64,000 nt of DNA from Adineta vaga (Eukaryota; Animalia; Rotifera), in assembly GCA_021613535.1 (NCBI GenBank), contig CP075497.1, forward strand, positions 9,300,001 to 9,364,000, given 5' to 3'. The position numbers were made by a program, and so were the translations under genes. Shown here piece after piece: positions 45,945 through 59,575 of this stretch. Within the stretch, counting starts at the first letter, position 1, and every line of letters begins with the position of its first letter. Under the pieces are notes generated by a model. That model ran no database searches. It was not told where the DNA came from and saw nothing but the letters and a program-made list of their open reading frames with translations.

Positions 45945-46369
45945 GTCTAAATAAATGAAAAGGTATTGCACAACGTATTTCTCAATTTTACACATCATGA
46001 AATCATGATCTTCTATTAAATCAAATGAACAAGTCTCTATAGCGATGGGATTATGATATGAAGATGATAAGTCGAAAAAATGACTCATCATCACTATATG
46101 TCGTTAGGGGTGCTAATTTCCAGAGATTACATTTTTTTTCACTAGATGTCACTAATTCGTAAATCATTATGTTCTATTGGTTATTTCTTTTATCGGTCAT
46201 AATAGTGCATCCATTGTATGCGCACTTATGCATCCTCTATTCTGAAGCATAGATGCTTAGTTTTTTTCATTTACGTATAAAACCTATTTTATATTGAAAC
46301 CATTAATGTGGTCAAAAGATAAACTTGTTCCAAATGCGCGAATTAGACTTTTTGTCGTTTTTCTTTTAG

Positions 46370-48523
46370 ATGTCATTAAATCGTGTTAGTCTTGTCGATT
46401 ATAATAGTCCATCTTCGTCCTCATCAACTCAACGTGTACTTCATTGTACAATATGCAATATCTATCCTCGAAGTCTGCAAGCATATGTTGAACATTTAGA
46501 TATTCGACATCGTGATGAAGAAGTAGAAGTCGCATGTCCTGTTGATGGTTGTGAAGAAACATTTCCATCTGTTGCTCGATTTAAAATTCATATTCGAAAA
46601 ATACATTCAACACCAACAAATAATAAAAGTTCAACAGCTACCAGTGGATTACTTTCATCATCAAATGTCACAACCATCAGAACCAATAATGATATTGATG
46701 AAGCATCATCTGATGATGATGAAGATACTCATCGTCGAAGTAGTTATCTTAAACGACCGAAATTAGATGGGAAAAAACGTTTTGGAACAGTGAGTCGAAT
46801 GACAAAAATGGAACCCAATGATTCAATGGAATATTCATTGAAAAGTGAAGATGAATTTGCTGATGTAAATTGTTTGAAATATTCATATTGATCATAATTC
46901 TTCACCTTTCTTTTTCTATCTATAGATTCAATTTGAAGATCCAGAATGGATGCCCGTCTCCGAACGAGTATGTATTTCATCAATATTCATTTCGTAACTA
47001 AAATATGTTGCGCTATGTAGCGTGGTACATTGTATACACCAAATATGAGTTTGATGGGTGAAGATGAAGAGAGTGGAAGTGCAATGACACCGGTTTCTCG
47101 AACGAGTGGACGCGTTCGTTGTTATCCACCGATTCCTCATCCACCTCAACTACCAGAACTTTCAGAACGTGTTCAAACATGTTTAGAAAATGGTTTGTAC
47201 TTTGCTTAAAGCACGAACATCATTGATGTTGATTTTAAATAGGACAAGCTGCACAAGTTTTGCAAGAATTTATCAATGAAACAGCAGAATTTTTTATGAA
47301 AACTTATCCACAATTAAAAACCGGCCGTGAATATCGTAAAATTGGTTTAGCTTTAATTAAAAAATATCCTTGTTTGGCTGAAAAAGGCAATCATCTTAAA
47401 CCTGAAGTAAGAAATAAAACTTCTCCTATCGCTCGATTTCTAACTCACTTTCTTCTAGGCTTTACTTTGTCGTAAATTATCGATCAAAATGCGTAATATG
47501 CGCCAGAAGATCCGTGCTAAAACCGGTCGAATCGAAAAAAATGACAATCGAATCCATCAAAACAGTAAGTTAATCATAAGGTTTATATTAAAGTAAAGAA
47601 AATCATCTTGAAATATTAAATTAGATGATGCATATTATGATGCAATTACTGCTAAACTTCGTCAGATTCAAGGACAAGTTCAATATTCCACTCTCTATAA
47701 GCAATATTTATCAAAAACACATACTCGCCGACGAGAATGGTTGAGTAATAATGCTGATCTTAATCTCTATGGGATTTTACAAGAATTACCATTTATGGCT
47801 GGAAAAGAATTCGTAAGACGATTCTTTTTTCTTTAGTTCGTATCGAAATTAATAAGCCTTTTCTTTTCTAGTTAACTGGTGAATATGGTCTTTTACGTGG
47901 AAGACATATTTCATCATTTAGTAAAACAATTGGTCTTGTACTTGATATATTAACAAAACATTTTGCAATACGAAAACGAGAGAATATGGATTTAACCTAT
48001 CGTTTATGTTTAACACAATTATGTCGAACACTAAATTGTAGTTTTATTATACAAAATAAACAAGTATGTAGTAGAAAGTGAGAAGTTGTTAAGATTAATT
48101 CATTTCTTCTTCTCGTCTAGACCGATGGGCTGAAAGCAACCGATAAAGAATCCGATGATAGTAGTCATTTACGTTTAACCGTGATGGATTTTGTTAATGG
48201 AACATCATCTTATTTTCTTTTTTATGGCCGAAAACCTCTTTGCGAATTAGCAACAGGTCAAGGGATGTTAAAACAAGCTTTACTTCTTTTTCTCGTTACT
48301 TTTGAAGTATACATGGTCGATGTACCCGAAGACTATTACGGTAAGAAATATTGATAGCTATACTTTCATCTATTCATGAACGAATGCTATTTTAGAAGCG
48401 GTCAGTTTACTTCGATTAGTCGTATTCGGTAATATTTATGAAAATGAAGTACCCGAATCAGGTGAAGCTCAACGTTTGGTGGCCATCATTGAAGATAGTT
48501 TAAAAACCACCAATGTATCATGA
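46370..48523 (+). CDS. C2H2 zinc-finger protein with a C-terminal region resembling transposon accessory (SAMD3-like/EnSpm-associated) proteins
   Basis: Two C2H2 fingers (CTIC..HLDIRH; CPVDGC..HIRKIH); later EYRKIGLALIKKYPCL, KLSIKMRNMR, LSKTHTRRREWL..ILQELPFM; GT-AG introns with an open frame to TGA 48521-48523. Confidence 0.7.
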
Positions 48524-48697
48524 TGATACAAACTAGATGTTTATTTTAAATATATCCCTTTTTCCTGTCGTTTGTTTGTTTGTTTTTGTTGTACATAATA
48601 ATATTCTAAACTTGACTTGCCGCTAAAAAAAAGATAATAATATATCTATCACTTTATTTGAAATTTTTCGTTAACTAAGTTCTATTCTTTGAAATTT

Positions 48698-50546
48698 ATG
48701 GCATGTTCATCGAATTCTCAAGCATTGAGTATGTATTCGAGAGAGAATAGATAAGATTGTGAATGAATAGTTTTTGAAAGTATACAGTGTCTTTATGTGA
48801 TCGATTGAAACAACGTTATGAAAATAATCAACAAAATTGGCAATCATTATTTCAAGTTAAAGAAAATGAAAGACATATTTAGCAGTTTATTTGTTTTATT
48901 GATTTTAGGGTGAAATTCGAGAAAAAAATGTTCGAGATAATGAATTTATTCGATATATTGTTAATACAATCATTGAACAAGCGAAACATAATATTGTTAT
49001 ATCTGAAGTTCGATTGATATGTGCACGAATGTTGCATTCAGTAATGTTTCGTTCTAGCTACCTGATGTCATTCGAACATTACATTGTGAAGCAGAAGCTC
49101 TTATACGAAAGAATGTAAGATATCTTTTCACTATTATGTTTCGATCTGTATTTAAATATGTAAAGCGAATGATTACGTTAGAAGAAGCTATTAATCAAGT
49201 ACAACAAATTGGTGCTAAGAAATATCCATATTTAAAACGAGTCAAAGTAATTCAGTTTTTTTTCCGAAGATTCTTTTCGTTTTTTTATGATCAAAGGAAA
49301 TACTTGTAGCCATTAACTACAGAAGATTTTGTTAGAGAAGTGATGCGTGAAGTATTCAATCGTATTGGAACCATTATCACTTTAGATATGGTAATGATCA
49401 GTAGCTGTCTATGATTAAAATGGTCTATATTAAACTAGTTTTAGATCGAAAATATTTGTCAATTTACCACTTGTTCTGCAAAACAATTACTTTGTGCAAT
49501 GGTTTGTTTGTGAAGTGAAGTGAAAAATTCATCGAGAGAAATCATTGTCTATCCTAGCCAGCGATTGATGTGAATGAAGCTAGTTCGCTAATTATTGAAG
49601 ATATTCTGCGTAATCAACATGAAATTGATAAAGATTCAAGTATAGCTTTAGTTTTCAATAGTTCAACTCTTTATTTTTGAAGTTTTCCAGAAGACGGTAT
49701 CATGAAACAAAATATAGTTAAAGAAAGAAGCATGATATTTGGATCTTCATCACCGAAGTCAACACATAAAACGAAACAAACACAGTCACCTAAGAATTCG
49801 TCTTACTCACAACAATTATCTCAAAACAGCAATAATCAAATGTAAACTTTTTTTTACAAAACTGATATCAGATTCTTAGAGCTGTGAATTTTTTCAACTG
49901 AAATAATTAGTGATTCAACTGAAAAGGAATTTTTGAAATCAGACAACGTTACATTCGTTCGTGAGAATAAGCAACACAATTCAACGAAAAAATCAAAATC
50001 GTCCAATATTTCGGCGAATGCTGTTACATCGTTTGATAGCGATTCAAAATTGTCCAAAACAAGCAAGACAAATATTGTATAAAATAGCTATGTCAAATTG
50101 ATATTTTTATAGTGATACTGCCCACAACGAACAATACCTACAACGATCATGAACGAAAGGCAAAAGTCAAGTATTCTCAAGTAAAATCAGATACACAAAC
50201 GTATTCAATTCATTCACAAGATGGTTTGCCTACTAAAACCAGAAGATCACCTACACTATCATCAATAAATATAAATGACAATGCTATTGTTGACAAACGT
50301 ATCGATCCAGCTACATCATTAGATAAGATGTCTTCAAAACATCGTCCTTTTATTCTCGAAGTTATGCACAAATTAGATCAGAGAACGATGAATTCTCATT
50401 CAAAAACACTTCTTTCATCTATGCGTTACTATACCAAGTATTGTCATGATAATTCTGACAGCACTGATAATGAAGAACTAACAGCTGAATCTGATATGGA
50501 ATATTGTCCTCTAGGAGCTGCACTTCAACATCGATTCACACAATAA
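48698..50546 (+). CDS. Hypothetical multi-exon protein: helical N-half, Ser/Lys-rich disordered C-half
   Basis: Series of short open exons separated by GT-AG introns (MACSSNSQAL..SLCDRLKQRYENNQQNWQSLFQ..GEIREKNVRDNEFIRYIVN..), ending with ORF 50112-50546. Confidence 0.65.
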
Positions 50547-51126
50547 ATATGGATTGAAATCAATCTTTCATTTCATCAAGAATAACATAAGAGTAATAAA
50601 TCTTTCGATATATTTACTCTTAACAGATATAATAGAAATACTTGCGTCTTTTTTTCTTCTTCTTCTAATTACAACCTAGTAATGTCGTTTACTCATTGTT
50701 CTGGCCGGCAAGAAAGAAAGAAAAAGAAAAAAAAATGTATACACACGTTCTATAGTGTAAGCATTGCCGTTGATGATCAGACTCTTATTTCTCATCGTCA
50801 ACTAGTGGTCGTTTCTATTCCTTTTTTTTCTACAACGTTCTGTCGTTGTTAGCGAACATGTTCGTATGCTCTAGGATTTTTTTCTATCAGAAAAAAAACG
50901 AGAGAGAAGAAAAAGAAGAAAAAAAGCGAGTGTGTAGGCGGAGCAATATGACTGAACGCTGAGAGCGCGAGTAGTAATATTCGAGGCGATGGTAAAGAGG
51001 TTTATTTTTCTTTTTCTATTCAGTATACTGGGCACATAAACAGTGACATTAAAAAAGAAGAGAAAAGAAAAAGGTATTTTCAATCTTTCTTTTTTCGTTA
51101 TTACATCGTCACACCTTTTGAACAAC

Positions 51127-53511
51127 ATGTCTGAGTTATCATCATCATCCCAAATATTTATTCTCCTAGTATTATTAATCATTTGTGTTTTGATTATTCA
51201 TTTAATAATTCGTAAACGTTTTAATTATATCCCAGAAAGTGTAGCGATTATTTATATTGGTGGAATATTTGGTTTAATTTTAAAAATTTACAATCAATGG
51301 ACAAGCAAAAATCAAGATTCAACAACAGTAATCGGACAAGCATCGACGCCATTGTTAAATTCCAATATATTTTTCATGCTTTTTCTTCCACCAATTATAT
51401 TTGAACAAGGTTATCATTTACATAAAGGAAATTTTTTCCGAAATCTGGGCACGATTTCAACATTTGCAATATTTGGTACAACCATCAATGCACTTGTGAC
51501 AGGTGCCGGTCTATATGTATTAGGGAGCATGAATTTATCATATAAATTACCATGGAGAGAATGTTTCATTATTGGATCGTTAAATTCTGGTAAGAATTGT
51601 ATTTATTTACTTATTTTGTTTATTCTTTTATATTTTTAGCAATCGATCCTGTTGCTATTCTCTCAATATTTCAAGTATTGAATGTTGATCAATTATTGTA
51701 TATGCTTGTTTTTGGTGAATCGATATTGAATGATGCTGTTGCAATTGTATTGACAAATGTGATCGTTGAATCTAAACGACAACTTGGAAATATTAATGGA
51801 ACAAAATTAACAGCTTATTCAATGATTGGTTTATTGGCAAGTTCAAATTTAACTACATTACCATCCGTAACAACAACACAACGATATCGAAATCATGATG
51901 GTGTAATTCCACATCGTGGTCATTCGTCTTTATATGAACCAAAAGCAGAACTTACAAATGTTTTTTCGGATAATAACGATAAATATCCTTTAATAAATAA
52001 TGATGATAATAGTGAAGATCCAGAAAGTAATGAAGCGAGTGTAATTGACGCATATCGTGATGGAACAAATATTCCAGCTAAGAAGAAAAAGAGACAACGT
52101 AATTGTATTCTAATTTGAAATAAACATGTGTTTATTTACTAAGTTCATTTTAGTACCATCAAAAATCAAACGAGCAGTTCAAATTAACAGTACGACAATA
52201 TCTTGGACATCACAAATCGTTTCATCCGCGAAGGTTTTAATGCAAACGTCAACGAAATTTTCTTTCATGTTCTATTCCTCTGGTTTTCTTGGTCTTGTTT
52301 TTGGATTGTCCAGTGCATTATTAACAAAATATCTTGCATTTGATAAAAGTTCATTATCATTAGAAATTTCACTTCTTCTTCTTACTGCATATGCTTCGTA
52401 TATGTTTGCGGAAATTTTCCATCTATCTGGTATTATGTCTATACTTGTTTGTGGATTAACGATGTCACATTATACACATGAAAATCTTTCAAGTGTTGGT
52501 CGACAATCCATTACTGTAATGTTTCGTACGATAGCATTTCTTGCTGAAACTTGTGTTTTTGTTTATTTGGGTGTGGGAATATTTGAATATCAACATGCAT
52601 TTCATCCAAAATTGATTTTTTGGACAATCGTATTAACAATAGTTGGACGTGCTGCACATGTTTTTCCACTCTCATTTATGATGAATTGTTTTCGATCGAA
52701 ACAACATCGAATTACATTTCCAATGCAGTTAATTATGTGGATTGCTGGATTGAGAGGTAAATAATTTTCTTTGATTCAATCATCACGATTGGATAAACGT
52801 ACTAATGTATGATTTACATCATATTGTATCTTCTTTATGTTGATTTGTGTTCATATTCAACCCTGTTTTTTAGGTGCCATTTCTTACGCATTGTCTGTTC
52901 ATGTTGGTCAATATTATGGTGAACATGAAGAAGAATTGAAACGAACACTTGTTACAACGACATTAGTAACTGTTCTATTTACAATTGTTGCTTTAGGTGG
53001 TCTAACCATTCCTGTCGTTAAATATCTTCGACGTCATTCATCAATCTCTCCACGATCGATCGAATCTGATGATGAACCAAATCGACGTACAATGATGAGT
53101 AAAACAATGCAATTCGATGAATTACTTAATGAAGATGAAAATTATATGCATCAAAGAAAGAATAATTTCAATGATGATGATATTGATAATTATGAGATAC
53201 ATTTTGCTAGTCCAAATACAATGAAAGGTTTAGAAAAACTCAATGAATTCTATATTAAACCATTACTCATACGGAAAACATCATTAAAACCAACGAATGA
53301 ACATGAAATTCGAGAACATGATCGTAAACCATTATTATCAACAAATGGCAAGCAATCCTTGTTACTGAATAATGATGAAGATGACGATGAAGATGGAGAA
53401 GATGATTTGCTTGTTGTGAATCAATTAAGACAAGAAAATTTTCAATTGAAAACAATCAATAAAAATTCGAAAGATACAAAACGAATAAATCCAACATCTC
53501 ATGATACATAA
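51127..53511 (+). CDS. SLC9A8: Na+/H+ exchanger of the NHE8 (SLC9A8) type
   Basis: IPES, FFMLFLPPIIFEQGYHLHKGNFFRNLGTISTFAIFGT, AIDPVA, FGESILNDAVAIVL, LSGIMSILVCG, AFLAETCVFVYLG, AGLRGAISYAL. Confidence 0.88.
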
Positions 53512-53710
53512 TATTCGTGTCTATTTTTTTTGCTGTTGTTAATCTATGTTGTGAAAAAAAAGTTATAAAAGTCATACATACATATATAGACGTATATTTA
53601 TTATTCGGTTTTTTTCTGTTGCCTCGTTCTATTTCGTCAATAAAAAGTAAAAAAAAAACAATAACGAAAACGTTCATTTAAAAATATAGAATTTGAGAAT
53701 GTTAAACAAC

Positions 53711-55365
53711 TCATTGTTGAGTAAATGATAGACGAGATAGTGGAGTTATATTCGTACCAGCAGAAAATGGTGTACCCTGTGATGATGATGTTGGAATCTT
53801 CTTATTATCTTCACTAGTACGACTAAAAGAGAAGGTGGTTTTACAATCCAATCAAAAGTAACATTTTGAAGAACTTACATCGATAGATTTCCATGACTTG
53901 CACTCAAGTGTATACTATTATTATTTTCATCTTGTGATTCTCGAAAGATTTTTTGAATTTCTTCACGTCGCACTTCGAATTGATCACGTGTTAATTTAAT
54001 CGGTGACGGTGGTGTTAATATCGGTAGAGTTAAATTCATTGTTGTATTCATTGATCTATTTGATATGGTTGATTGTTCCAATGAATTACTATTATTAAAA
54101 ATAGTATTATGTAAACATTGAACAATATCACCATCATCAAGCATTCGACCACGTTTAGATTTATGTTCATGAGCACGTAAATAACGATAAACATTGATGA
54201 TTCCTTCTTCAGTTTTACATTTCAATAGAACACACAGACGAGTACCATCTCTGTCGTACTATTTCATTCGTAAAAGAAAATTTTCTCTAATAAAAAACAA
54301 TCAAACTTACAACAGTAGCTCGTAAACGTTTATGCATAACAAGTTGTTTAAATGTCAAACGAAGTGTATCGGAAAAAGTTGGTTTGATTGCTTCACTAAA
54401 AAGACATTCTACCGCCTAGAATTATTGATATGAAAAACTATTTTATTCGAAATCTGTATGTATCGATATACTTTGAAAGGAAATAAATAAAATTGTTCAG
54501 GCAACCATTTCAATTGTGAAACATTCACATATAATGATGCACCATAATCAACTAATCGAACACGTGCATTTGGTTGTTTTGCCATTGGTAATTCTTCACT
54601 TTTTGATACTACTAATGCACGATGCCATGTAGATTCATAATGTAATGCAACTAATTGACCAATATATACTTCTTTTAATGATTCATAGTTATTTGCAAAT
54701 AATGTAAGTATATCCACAAATTGACGAAATTTTTGTTCACTTTCAGGAGAGAATTCACGTTCTACCCAAAATTCACCATCACTTGTTAAGATATCATTGA
54801 TTGTACAATAAAATTTGATTCCTATATCGAGAAAAGTTTTTTTCGATTTACGAAATTCTAATCAGAATCAAAAATCAAACCATTTCGAAATTCCTTTGGT
54901 TCATCATCAAGATTACACAATTCAGGTACACGTTGTTCAGTTAATATTCGTAAATCATCAGTAACATCGTTGATCACAGATTCTTGTTGATTGTCACTAA
55001 ATTAAGCGAAACAAAAATCAGCTAAAATCAAATGATTTTTCTAGAATTTACTTGATGTTCACTGGTGTATTTTCTGGCTCAAAGGATGTTGCTGATGAAC
55101 AAGTCGATTGAGCCGTAATTGGAGAGATCATTTCATTTGGTATCAATTGTTCGTATTTTCGAAATAATTCATAACGTTCCCATTCATGTTGTTCATGTAA
55201 ATTCATTAAATGTAGATCGCTTGATACGTTTACAGTTGTACTTGTTGTAAAGTTTCGATTGATTTCATTAAGTTTTTCTATTCGACAACAAACTCAAATG
55301 TAATGAAAATAATATGACAAATAGTTACCAAATATTTTGATTTGTTTTTTAACATCACCATTCAT
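53711..55365 (-). CDS. Extended Tudor-domain protein (TDRD-like)
   Basis: FYCTINDILTSDGEFWV.., GQLVALHYESTWHRALV.., VRLVDYG.., LKWLPEQF; ATG 55365, TGA 53713-53711. Confidence 0.75.
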
Positions 55366-55468
55366 GATATAGATTCGATCTAGAATTGAATCATAAGAGA
55401 ATTAGATTTTTTTGATTTATACAAGAGAACAAAAAACACAAAAAATGAATATGAGATAAAAATCTAAT

Positions 55469-58101
55469 TTAATAATCATCATCATCAAGTTGTGTCATTT
55501 CATCTAAATTATGTAATTGATATTGTCGTAAACGTTCTGCTTCTGTCGAATCATCAACCCATGATACTTTGACTTCTGATGATAATTCATCATTTTTGAT
55601 CACTAGTTTAGCTTGTTGAGCGAGAAAAAATGAATGTGTAGGCATTTTATTCATTCTTGATGATGAATTTATAATAGGATTGGACGATGATTTTTGATTC
55701 AAAAACGTTGGCATTAAACAATCAATATCAGACATTAAACGATGAACATTAAGTTGTGATTCTGTTGGTGGTAATTGTGCACTAATTTTATCAATTTGTG
55801 TATCAGTTAGAGATTCTTCGAAAACAGGTGGACGAGGAACATTTGAATAACGTTTAAGTAATGAAAATGGTGAAAGTGCATATTCAGGAATAATCGATGG
55901 TGTCGATGCACTAGAACCTGGTGTTCGCCGAAGACGAGGTGTATCATCTTGCTAGAAAAATAAAATATAGAATCAATATTTTCCAAAAATAAGTAAGAAA
56001 GCACATACAAGCACTGTTTGATCAACATTAAAACTGCTTGTTTGCTGTCGTGTAAATGATATTGTTGATGGTGTGGATAAATTTGAATTACTACTTCTTT
56101 TTCTATCATTTGTTAAACTGAGATTAGAATCTTGTCTATAAATACGAAATATCTTAAATACATGAAATAATTTCATTGATTCAAATTACTTGTCATCTCG
56201 ATCATTTGAAGCTGAATAAATCATTTCAGATATAAGTTCACATTTTTCACAACAATCTAATAACCATTGTGGATGAACAATATGCGCACTGAAAGAAAAA
56301 AGAATTCAATTGATATCAAATGTTGAAAGAAATTACTTTGGAGCAAGCGTAGATATATGAGCATAATTTATAGCAGGTTCGCTTCCACGAATAACATGTG
56401 TGACGGTTGGATTGAGTGTATCGAATCTAAAAAGAAAACAAAAAAGAAGTTGATTCGATTTTTAGTATGAAAGAAGTCAATTTACCGTGTAGCACATCCA
56501 CCATCAAGAATTTTTTGCATACGCATTCGTAGATTAGCAGGAAATTGACCTAAGTATACCTGAATTTCATACTAGTGATCGAATTCTGTTTTATTTTTTA
56601 TATACACACTTTCAAACCATCGAAGAGATCATCGATAATCTTTTTTGATCGATCATTCATCCATTTATCAAATCGTTCTTCTAGTTCTATCAGTTCTTCA
56701 GTTGTTAATAATGATGTAGATTTACGTGGTTGTTCAATCGGCGTCATTTTTGATGATAACGAATCAACCATATCCTTTGATATTGGTTTCTCATTTTCTA
56801 CAATTTATAATTTCTATTCGAAAAAAAGCAAAATTTGTTCAGGAAAAATAACCTTTGCTACAATTTGAATCAATTGTTGGTGCTGACCAGAGAAAATTAT
56901 TTAAACGAAGACATGAACCTTTTTCACTACTCTCAAATATCCACTCCGGTTTTAATGTTGGTATTCTCCATTTAATAGCATGTTCAAATTTAGAACCTAA
57001 TCGAAAATAAAAACATATCATTCAATGAATATCTGTATATATATATATATATCGATTGAATTTAACCTTTTGGTTCTTTACAAATTAAATGTGTACATTG
57101 ATCTTTAATTAAACTTGGTGAATATGTTGCACCTTCTCGTTCGACATATTGTTTTATTGTATTTCGATCTCGTTCAGCAAAACCCGATAATGAAATAATA
57201 AATTTATAGAATAATGGGCATTTAAAACGATCAAACATTGAATCAGTTCCTTTTACTGTCCTACAATCGAAAAAGAATAGAAAATCAAACTATAATTTAA
57301 TCGAATACTTTTGTCCAGAAAGTGCAAGAACATTTTGTATCCATTCAGGCATCATGACTTGAATTCCATTTTCAACGGCAACCTACATATGATTATAAAA
57401 TGAAATCTAATGAATATTTTCTTCAACATACAAAGTATTTCTCCGATGCAGCACATGTTCCACAAATGAGATGGGTAACATTAGCATTGAGATTTGTTTG
57501 AAATTTACCACCCATATATGCAACTGATCGACGAATAATTTCCTATTGATAGGAACTGAAAATAAATAATGATACAGAAAAATGACTACTTACTCGATCA
57601 GCATGAGAAAGATTTGTACAACAGATAGTTAATGATTGCATAGCAAGTGAATAGAGAGGATAAGAACTACAAGGAATAGTAATATTATGATCGACACATG
57701 TTGTAATTAATTGTGGACCAAGTACCCTTTTTAATATATATAGATATATATAAATAGAAAGTACAATTCGAAAAAAAAGAGATATGATTTACCAAGCTTT
57801 ATTGTTTTTTAAATATTGAAATAATTGACCAGAAAATGGTTCGATAACAAACATTTTTCCTTTCAAATTCTTCATATTCATCATTGTATCTTCATCGATC
57901 ATATTTGGTTTGAAATTACTTGATTCAAGCAACTGTATCACAGGGAAAAAGAAATCAATTTCCGATTTTATTTAGTCAGTTTGGAAAATTTACTTGATAA
58001 ACGTTATTCAATTTCTCTCCTTGCCATTGAGAATGCAATGTATTCGGTTGTAAAACAAAAATCGACATTTTTTTCGTTGACGTCATCTTAGTTGTTTCCA
58101 T
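55469..58101 (-). CDS. TOPBP1: TOPBP1 homolog, shortened (BRCT0-3 plus ATR-activation motif)
   Basis: FVIEPFSGQLFQYLK..VLGPQ..PLYSLAM..TICCTNL (BRCT0/1), YMGG..VTHLICG..SEKY..MPEWI, FKCPLFY..CTHLIC..GSKFEHAIKW..PEWIFES (BRCT2), DDLFDG..RFDTLNPTVTHVI..IVHPQWLLDC (BRCT3), VSWVDDSTEAERLR; TAA 55471-55469. Confidence 0.9.
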
Positions 58102-58200
58102 CGGTGAAGAAAATAGATATGTACTATCTTTTTATGATAATGATTCTGGCGACATGAAAGTCATTGTATAGTCTTTGTGTCTGAAATTTTATTGGTTTAA

Positions 58201-58217
58201 ATTCAAACGCGTCAAAA
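58201..58217 (-). promoter_or_regulatory. E2F/CDE + CHR (DREAM-type) element upstream of TOPBP1
   Basis: Minus strand TTTGACGCG-TTTGAAT, about 100 bp upstream of the TOPBP1 ATG, in the divergent TOPBP1/FBXO36 intergenic region. Confidence 0.5.
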
Positions 58218-58463
58218 ATTTCTGGAACGAAAGAAAAGAAAGAAAAAAGAACGATTTCAGTCAAATTCTAGAATCTCAGTCATTTTCTGTTTGAACAACA
58301 AAAATCAACATAAAAAATCAATGCCAACAATGTAGGGTGCGTGTATGTGACTATTCTTCTACGTCGTTTAGTTTTAAATTGCGACCTTGAAAATGAATCT
58401 ATATATAGAGAAGAAGACGAAGAACTTTATTGCATTGCAACATACTTCATTCTTTAGAGAAAC

Positions 58464-59575
58464 ATGGCAAATAATAGAAAGAAAAGTGATGATCATGGTC
58501 GAACTCCTTTATCGACTCTATCTGATCAACACAATAAAACTAATCATCCTATCGTACATCCTCATGAAACATGTGATGTACAAAAATTTAAAAAGGAACA
58601 TCCATTTTTAGCGACATTCTTTCGTGAAGATGGGATTTTATTTGAATGTGACAGTCAAGCTCCTTCACCATCAAAAGATTATGGTCAACTACAAATTACA
58701 ATGGATAAGGTTTGTTTTGTACACTAATTTTCTCTTTCAATTTTTTGTCATTGAAGGTTATTCTTCGTTGGTGGAAAATAACACTTCGAAATATTGAAGG
58801 TGCGATGTATCCAGGTGAAATCAAAGATTCATATGAAGATTTTTATCATGATGAAGTTGCTCAACGTGAAATCTCACGTATATTTGGTCAAAATACACTT
58901 GATTATTGTTTAAATCTTATTCGTGGTAGATTCGATTGGCTATCTTTACTTCCAGGAAAAGTTCAAATACATATACTTTCTCAATTGAATCTAGATGATA
59001 TTCCACAATTATCATTAGTATCAAAATCACTTCGTGAACTCTGTCGAAATAATGATCTTTGGAGAATGTTCTATGTACGTCATTATGGACGACATGCATT
59101 GGAAAATAGAGATCTTATTCATTTAGCTGAAAGACGTGGTTGGCGTCATGTATTTTTTACGAATCGTTTGAAATTACAAATGCAATTACGTCGTGAAGCT
59201 CAACTCGAACGTCATCATCCGGAAGATCCATCCGATTTGGTCAAAGCACGAGAACGTCGTTCACAATTACAACCAAGTCCACCAGTCACTCCAAGACAAC
59301 AGCATGACCGTTTTCTTCAACCTTCAATACGTCGTCATTCATTTGCAACACGGAAAGAACCATCAGTTTTATCACCACGTACATTACAATTACATGATCA
59401 AGAAGAAAATCGGCGTTCAACTCGTGCATCTATTGATGAAACAGGTGAATTACCAAATACAAAACGACCAGCATCACCATCTCTATCTGTCAGATCAAAT
59501 GCTGGTAGTATCGCTTCAGCTTCATCAGCTTATCCACCCATACAAACATCTCATCGCCCCACTACACGTCAATAA
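58464..59575 (+). CDS. FBXO36: F-box only protein 36, 2 exons
   Basis: LFECDSQAPSPSKDYGQLQIT, VILRWWKITLR, PGEIKDSYEDF, IFGQNTLDY, F-box LSLLPGKVQIHILSQL..LWR. Confidence 0.9.

Noticed and set aside
45945-46094. N-terminal extension of TRMT10A in the ORF track
   Set aside because: It spans a likely intron (about 45991-45947) and UTR; the conserved protein fits ATG 45944.
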